A stretch of 64,000 nucleotides of DNA from Octopus vulgaris (Eukaryota): positions 59,706,001 to 59,770,000 of the forward strand of contig OX597826.1 of NCBI GenBank assembly GCA_951406725.2, given 5' to 3'. Each line of letters opens with the position of its first letter. Within the stretch, counting starts at the first letter, position 1. A program made the translations under genes and the position numbers. A model generated the notes under the pieces. It saw only the letters and a list, made by a program, of their open reading frames with translations, had not been told where the DNA came from and made no database searches. This document shows positions 56,397 to 64,000 of the stretch, in pieces.

Positions 56397-56909
56397 TCTA
56401 TATATATAAAACTGTAGTTGTGTGAGTGTCTGTCCCCTTCGATTTAGATTCCTAACTCCTCCCACATTTTGCGGTGCACTTTAACCAAATTCGGGTATCT
56501 TATAGTCGTGATTCATATCAAGCCCGTCTGAGTATTAGCGCGCGTCTACGATGAGTCTACGATTTTAAAAATAATTTAACATCATTTTTTATTCCATTTT
56601 AATGCATAATTTTTCGTGTGTCGATGGCGGTGGAGTTGGCGTCCACGGTCACACCTGCACCTGTTTGCTTCTCCCCCTTCTTCCCTCCCTCGTGAAGCTG
56701 TGGGGAAGGGAGTGTAAGGAAATCAACGTCGTAAAGCGTTGTCAAGGAGACCAGCGTTCTTTTAGAACAACGACTTCATGGCTTGAATACACCAAAACAG
56801 AAATGGCTAAGAAAGGCCGAATTGGCATCTATAAGGGAAGTAACTCTCTAAAAATGCTTATATAGTTATTTCCCTTACAAACCCGAGCAACGCCGGGCGA
56901 TACTGCTAG
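56397..56909 (+). mobile_element. Non-autonomous Helitron
   Basis: 5' TCTATATATATAAAA, 3' hairpin CCCGAGCAACGCCGGG followed by CTAG; inserted between A and T with no TSD. Confidence 0.85.
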
Positions 56910-58632
56910 TATGTTTATAAATCTTTACTCACCACTAAAATAATTTTTAAAATTAGTTGAAGATTATTGAAGGTTAGTGTTTTCCATAGCGAGCGAAAAG
57001 TGATCGGAGTGCGATACTTAGAAGATCGAAGTGTAATACTCTTGCACCATTAAATACATTTCTGGTGTTAAAAAGATTCCAGTTTCCTTTCTTCTTTTCC
57101 GTTATAGTCCTCTCCGTCGCGCCACATCCCTTAATTTACACTACTTAAAAAATTTTTTGTATATTACAAAGATTTTACGTCACCTAATGGGAAACATTTT
57201 CTGCACAAATTGAAAAAGATTCTGTAGAGATCATAGACTGGGAGCATTGGCAAAACGACCTAAGAAGATTCGAAACCTATACTTATTGCTTGCTGCGGTA
57301 ATATAGGATTCACTCAATACGACTACAGCATTCTATGATTAAAATTAAATAACACGATAGACAAAGGAGTAGCATGAAAAATAGCAACGTTTTGATTATT
57401 GCCTGGAAATGAATTACATTTTTGGAAACGTTTTATTGGAGGTTAACATTGAGCTCTCGCAGATGTGACAACCCCTTAGCGAAACTATTGTAATATTAAT
57501 TGCTTAAAGAATCTAACAAATAAATATAAGAAAGGATGTCGAAAGAAAGTGAATGATAGAAAAGATAAAGACTCACGAAGGAAAACAATTTATAAAATAT
57601 ATGAAAGACTTAAAGTCGAAAAAATCAATCTATATGAAAATAAGAAATATAAAAATATAAAGGAAAAACCTCTAGATTATTACCCCGCCTCCGAGGAAAA
57701 ACAGCTAAGAAAATAAAACAACGATCATAATGTTATAATTTGACATTTAAGCAATTAAATACGAAATTAGTATTTCGCAAAGGAAATGGAATTGCTTTGA
57801 GTCAGAGATGGTAGATGATTTAGGAAGTAAAATTTAGTAGCTTTAAATAGAAAATGAACTTTTGGCATATTGACATTCTTATAATGAACTCTACATCAAA
57901 CGTGGAAGTTCATGAAATACTCGGTAGCAATGATAAATCTGAAATGAATCAGGGGAAAATATATTAAATCGGTTCTGAGATATTTTATTTTAATAAGCCA
58001 GTAATATTATTTTCTTGAGGAAAAAAAATTTGAAATTTAAATTGAAGATCAAGATGACGTTAATTCATTCTAATTTTGGAACTTGTCCAGAAGACCCCCG
58101 AGCTGCTTGACTGGTACTTAAATGAATGACCCCAAAATGATGGAAAGCAAAGTTGATTTCGGCGGTATGTGTACCCAGAGCTATAAGAAAGGATGCGTGG
58201 TATTTGATCGATATGAAAAACATAAACCAAGTGAAGTAAGAAGACATACACATAAATAAAAAATATAGGAATATAGATAAGGATAGAGATGCAACTACGG
58301 CAACCTGTGTTTAAAAATAAATATCATGTCAGACAAATATGTGGAAGAAATGTAATTTTTGTTTTGATTATTGCTGGTAAATTAGTTACAAGAAGTTTGG
58401 AAATATTTTATCAGGAGTGTGGATCAACTTTGAGCCCAGCCATACACGAGCTCCGATCAAACTGTGCGAAAATTTGGGCCAGTATTCTTTAATATAGCCG
58501 CAACTATCGCCAATGAATTGTCAGTGAATTTTGATTAATGGAAACTGCGTGAAGGCGTTCGCACTTTTATATATTGAAGTTAGTGTGAATACGTGTGTGT
58601 GTGCGAGAGAAAGTGTGTGCGTGCATATTTGT

Positions 58633-58663
<31 letters not shown>

Positions 58664-58843
58664 TGTGTTCATGTACACAAATGTGCGTCTGTGTATTTTT
58701 TGTTTATGATTGTGACGGAACCGCTATGCTACCATGACTGATGTGTCTACGAACTATACTGTCTCAACAAAACATATCGATAGAATAATTACCAGATTTA
58801 AGATAATTAATAGAGTCGATTTGTTCAGTTATCACTAAAAACC

Positions 58844-59164
58844 CAGTCGTTCTCAACCGGGGCCCGCATAACACATGAGGTCCATATAAAACTTTTGGAG
58901 TCCACGAAGCAAAACATTAAAATGGGGAACCACCGTACTATATAAAAGACCCTTAAAGAAATTTGTTTAGACGTCTTTATTGCAAGAACCAATTACGTTT
59001 CTTTCAGAAACGTTTTACATAATTTGAGCTACACACGTTCAGGTGTGAAAAGACAATAGGAATTCTAAAAGATGTATGCATAAACTAGTTTATAAGGGTT
59101 ATAGGGGTCCACCAGACTTAAACAACATTAAAGGGTTCATAAGTAAAATATTTCAGAACCACTG
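58844..59164. mobile_element. hAT-like MITE
   Basis: Ends CAGTCGTTCTCAA / TTCAGAACCACTG; internal GG(A/G)GTCCA subterminal motifs. Confidence 0.6.
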
Positions 59165-59263
59165 CTATGAACGGAGAAACAGCAATGGCAGTAGCAAACC
59201 CACTGGCTAATAGATTTAAACCAATAAAAAGTTTTAGTAGATTGTAGATTGTTATGTAGATAC

Positions 59264-59347
<84 letters not shown>

Positions 59348-59361
59348 TTTTCTTTCATTCT

Positions 59362-59409
<48 letters not shown>

Positions 59410-59601
59410 ACACACACACACACACACATATGCGTTTATATATGTATAGTGCTACGTTGGCTTCACTGATTTTCGATCTGACCGGCATTCGGAGTTTGGA
59501 TTTCTATTGCCGATTATGCGAAATACGGTGAAATCACGTGATACAACAGTGATGTTCGCTGGTCTTGACAGAATATCGACAACCGATGTGGTGTGTTTGA
59601 G

Positions 59602-59672
<71 letters not shown>

Positions 59673-60181
59673 AGAGAGAAAGCGAGAGAGAGAGATTGGT
59701 CGCTAGATATATGTATATGCATATATATGTAGGCGTATGTATATATAAATATGTATTATATGTACGCATATGTATGTATATATATGTACATACATACATG
59801 CGTACATACATACATGCATACATATATATATATATAGAGAAATTATATATTTATTTATACATATATGTACATATATATAAACTTATATATATATACATGT
59901 ATAAATACACATATATGTATGCACACATACACACACACTCACATATATATGAAATATCTTTATATTTATGTTACCACGTCTGTATAGATGTATAACAGAG
60001 ATTCTCGCTAGATATATGTATATACATATGTATAAACATGTATACATACGTCTGTGTATATATATGTCTGTGTATATATATGTCTGTGTATATATACACA
60101 TACACACACATGCACACACACACGCTCACATATATATATGAAATGTTTATATATTTATATACATATACATATATACACATT

Positions 60182-60271
<90 letters not shown>

Positions 60272-61366
60272 ACTACGTCTGTATATATGTATGTCTGTAT
60301 GTATGTACTTATGTGTATATGCTAATAGTGAAACGGATTCAAAGATAAACAGAAAACACCGATCAAGTCAGAATTGAACAGACATTCAAACATTAAAACA
60401 AACATGTCGGACAATAAATTATAAAGAAAGAAAGAATGAAAGAAAAGGAAGAAGAAAGAAGAAAAGAAAGAACGGATCTGTGAATACTATAAAACATTTA
60501 AAAACAAATATTGAACAGAGAGAAACGAGAATCGAATAAAACTATATAGAGAGTGCTATGAAGTAGCTTAATATACAAGCAGTTATTTAGTTACGTTTCA
60601 AGTGTCAAAGGAGCAATATATCACATGTAGTCAATATTGTCGATGATGGTGGTTATGGTGGTAGAGGTAGTGGTTATGGCGTCAGAGATTATGCTGCTAA
60701 TGGCGGTGGAGGTTGTTGTAAAGGCTAGGCAGAGACGAAGGTTGTGGATGTGAATTTGTTTTAGGAAAGAAGGGCGGGAATTATAATGCGAAAATGAAAA
60801 TGAAAATGAAAATAGAAAAGGAAAAATGGAAAGAAATAAAAGGAAAACAAACGAATATGAAATAAACCAAACTCCAACGAATGCATGAATTGGCTAATAA
60901 ATATATAAACATATAAGAGAGATATAACAAACATATAGAATAGCATAGAATAGAATAGAAATGCGTAGATGGTAGGAATGAATATAAATGGGAAAAATTA
61001 ACGAAAGAAATAGTGAAGAAGGCAATTCATTTTACATTGTGGATATTGAAACTGGCAGTTTAATTGTTGATTTGATATGTTTATCAAATTTATCAAATTA
61101 GAGTGAAAATTATATATTACGTACGACAGAAGGTTAACTTTACAATGCTCCGCAAACTAAGATTTAATTCTTTACAGAGGTTGTTTCATTATTATTATTA
61201 ATATTTTCGTCTTTATGTGTTTATTTAATTATTTCCTTTTCTTTATTATTTTTTTTGTTCCTGGTAGTATTGTCATACATTTTTTTTGCCTTCAATCAAA
61301 CGAAATAAATAGTTTGAACTTAATATATGATACGAAAGATAATATGGATGATACAAAGGATGTTGA

Positions 61367-61708
61367 CGATGATGATGATGATGATGATGATGATGAGGAT
61401 GATGATGGAATCGCGAATGTTTTTTTATATTCTTCTTCTTCATCATCATCATCATTATCACCATCATTGTTTTTACTGTCTTCGTTGTTTTTGTTTCTCG
61501 TGTCGCTATTGTTACGGTTGCTGTTGTTTTTGTTGTTGCACTTCTCCTCCTCCTCCTCCTCCCCCTATTCTTCCTCTTCCTCCTCCTCCCCTCTTTTTAT
61601 CTTCCTTCACTTCCTCATCCTCTTCCCCTCTTTTTGTTCTTCCTCCACTTCCTCCTCCGCCTCCTCCTCCTTCACCTTCCTCTTCTTCTTCTTCTTCTTC
61701 TTCTTCTT

Positions 61709-61770
<62 letters not shown>
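61367..61770. repeat. Compound GAT/TCA/CCT/TTC/TTA microsatellites
   Basis: Direct reading. Confidence 0.9.
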
Positions 61771-61996
61771 TTTTTTTTTCTTCTTTCAAATTTTCTTCTA
61801 TTTCTTGCCGAGTGTCTTCCCGACTCCTAGGGCAAAGAAACTCATAGTGTATATTGGTAGGCCATTAAACCAAACTCAGTAGTTCGTTCATTTTTTTTTT
61901 TTTTTAAGTTAAATTAAAATGCATGAGCAGCAACAGTTCTCACATCGACAATGCTCTTCTCAATACGTGTGATGTACCAGTTAAGACATATTATTA

Positions 61997-62070
<74 letters not shown>

Positions 62071-62870
62071 ATATGATGTTGCTCGTAACCGATGCTGGAA
62101 CTTAGTGATTGTGGATTTGATGTTGGCTCTTTTTGTGTAGTTGGTAATGGCCGTGATTTTAGTTGTGTTGGTGATATTCGCAGTGTTATTACTGGTGTTA
62201 TCTTCTTTGGAACGATGCTGTTCAAAATTATGAGTAACAGGGTTGATGTGATTGACAACGTTGGGGATAATGACATTTATTATTATAGCGAGGTCAATGT
62301 GAACGATAGCAATGTTAATTACAAGGTCGAAAAAATGCGGAGAAAGCCAAGTGTAATGATGTTCGTGAGATAGATGTTAACGCAGGGTAAAGTGAAAAAT
62401 ATAAATATGATGGAATGATAACCAACAGTTGGTAAAACTTAAGAATTACGAATTTTGTATTTAAATATGTTTTGTTCGGTGAGCTGCAAACTGGGTGCAT
62501 CATTATTATTTTATTCTTGTATTATTTTATTTGTTTCAGTCATTTGACTGCGGCCATGCTGGAGCACCGCCTTTAGTCGAGCAAATCGATCCCAGGACTT
62601 CTTCTTTGTAAGCCTAGTACTTATTCTATCGGTCTTTCTTGCCGAACCGCTATGTTACGGGGACGTAAACACACCAGCCAGCATCGGTTGTCAAGCGATG
62701 CTGGGGTACAAACACAGGCACAGAAACATATATATATATATATATATTTCACAATCAAGGAACGGCCATAATAGGCCATTCACCCACTAGAAATAACAGC
62801 CAAAGCTTTAACCGCAAAATAACATTAATTCCGTAAACCAGGAGAAAATTAAAAAAACATTTACCCTGTA

Positions 62871-62977
62871 ATTTCTTATACGATGCACCGTTTCATCTAC
62901 TGTTTAATGGTAAACTAACCTGATTAAATTAAATCAAGCCAATCTTCCATAGGCCCTTAGATTCCTCAGTAAGAAAT
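62871..62977 (-). ncRNA. Type I hammerhead ribozyme (left-arm copy)
   Basis: Reverse complement of 63448-63554. Confidence 0.8.
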
Positions 62978-63447
62978 AGCCAGAACGGAACAGATATTTT
63001 CACGAGGCATTTCCGTCCCTGCCTCGGCAATATCTGACCTAAAATTTTCAAATCATCGCACTCGCGCCAAATTTATCGGCAGCAAATAAATATAAGCCGC
63101 CGATTCCATTACGGAATCAACCAGAAAATTCATAATTAATCAATATAGGGTGGCAAAAAAAAATTTTGTAGAATTTTTTTGCCACCAGCGGCCTAGTGGG
63201 AAAAAATTAAATAGTCATAGACCATTTATAAGTTCAACTTCACAATCAAAATTCTACAAAAATTTTTTTTGCCACCCTATATTGATTAATTATGAATTTT
63301 CTGGTTGATTCCGTAATGGAATCGGCGGCTTATATTTATTTGCTGCCGATAAATTTGGCGCGAGTGCGATGATTTGAAAATTTTAGGTCAGATATTGCCG
63401 AGGCAGGGACGGAAATGCCTCGTTAAAATATCTGTTCCGTTCTGGCT

Positions 63448-63554
63448 ATTTCTTACTGAGGAATCTAAGGGCCTATGGAAGATTGGCTTGATTTAATTTA
63501 ATCAGGTTAGTTTACCATTAAACAGTAGATGAAACGGTGCATCGTATAAGAAAT
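63448..63554 (+). ncRNA. Type I hammerhead ribozyme with enlarged stem II
   Basis: ATTTCTTA CTGAGGA ATCTA-[58 nt]-TAGAT GAAAC-GGTGCATC-GTA TAAGAAAT: 8-bp stem I, canonical core, predicted cleavage after GUA at 63546. Confidence 0.8.
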
Positions 63555-63784
63555 TACAGGGTAAATGTTTTTTTAATTTTCTCCTGGTTTACGGAATTAA
63601 TGTTATTTTGCGGTTAAAGCTTTGGCTGTTATTTCTAGTGGGTGAATGGCCTATTATGGCCGTTCCTTGATTGTGAAGTTGAACTTATAAATGGTCTATG
63701 ACTATTTAATTTTTTCCCACTAGGCCGCTGGTGGCAAAAAAATTCTACAAAATTTTTTTTTTGCCACCCTATATTGATTAATTA

Positions 63785-63824
<40 letters not shown>

Positions 63825-64000
63825 TGTCTGTCTCTGTGTGTGTGTGTGTATTCATACGACGGGTTTCTTTCAGTTTCCCTCTACTAAATTCACTCACAAG
63901 TCTTTGGTCGGCCCGTGGTTATAGTAGAAGACACTTGCCTAAGGTGACACGCAGTGAGACTGAACCTGGAACCATGTGGTTGGTAAGCAAGCTGCTTACC

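Larger units (their letters stand above)
62748..63789. mobile_element. Head-to-head palindromic, circularly permuted 491-bp HHR element (retrozyme/PLE-like, non-autonomous)
   Basis: Left arm 62748-63249 (TTCACAATCAA recurs at 63239) and right arm 63248-63789 (ATTCTAC at 63251 and 63742) each show a 491-bp period. Arms are near-identical; no ORF in the track. Confidence 0.9.
62522..64000 (-). mobile_element. SINE group A split at its internal (TA)n by the HHR palindrome
   Basis: 3' half at 62522-62728 and 5' half at ~63790-64000 are colinear with intact group A copies. Confidence 0.85.

Noticed and set aside
62748-63789. MITE with long TIRs or CRISPR-like array
   Set aside because: Arms end at different points of a permuted unit rather than at matching termini, and there is no repeat-spacer structure.

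Overview
AT-rich, microsatellite-saturated eukaryotic DNA with no recognisable host protein-coding gene. The repeat complement resembles what I recall for Octopus/coleoid genomes (inference, not verified). Nearly all supplied ORFs are microsatellite translations. The real content is mobile DNA: L1/Tx1-type LINE pieces (one 470-aa RT/C-terminal ORF2 segment), R4/Dong-type endonuclease remnants in (TAA)n, CR1-group and RTE fragments, at least three tRNA-derived SINE groups, a non-autonomous Helitron and MITEs. The standout signal is a set of non-coding elements carrying type I hammerhead ribozyme (HHR) folds, most of them inserted in (TA)n. The best example is a near-perfect 1.04-kb head-to-head palindrome at 62748-63789. 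It is built from a 491-bp ORF-less, highly structured unit, and each arm is more than one unit long in a different circular permutation, as expected for reverse transcription of a circular or multimeric ribozyme RNA (retrozyme / Penelope-like non-autonomous element). Four other loci (5.65, 22.4, 34.1 and 35.4 kb) carry minimal HHR folds with self-complementary stem III, three with non-canonical cores, including an apparent G3-C8 compensated core. All structures were read by eye; none was folded computationally or tested.
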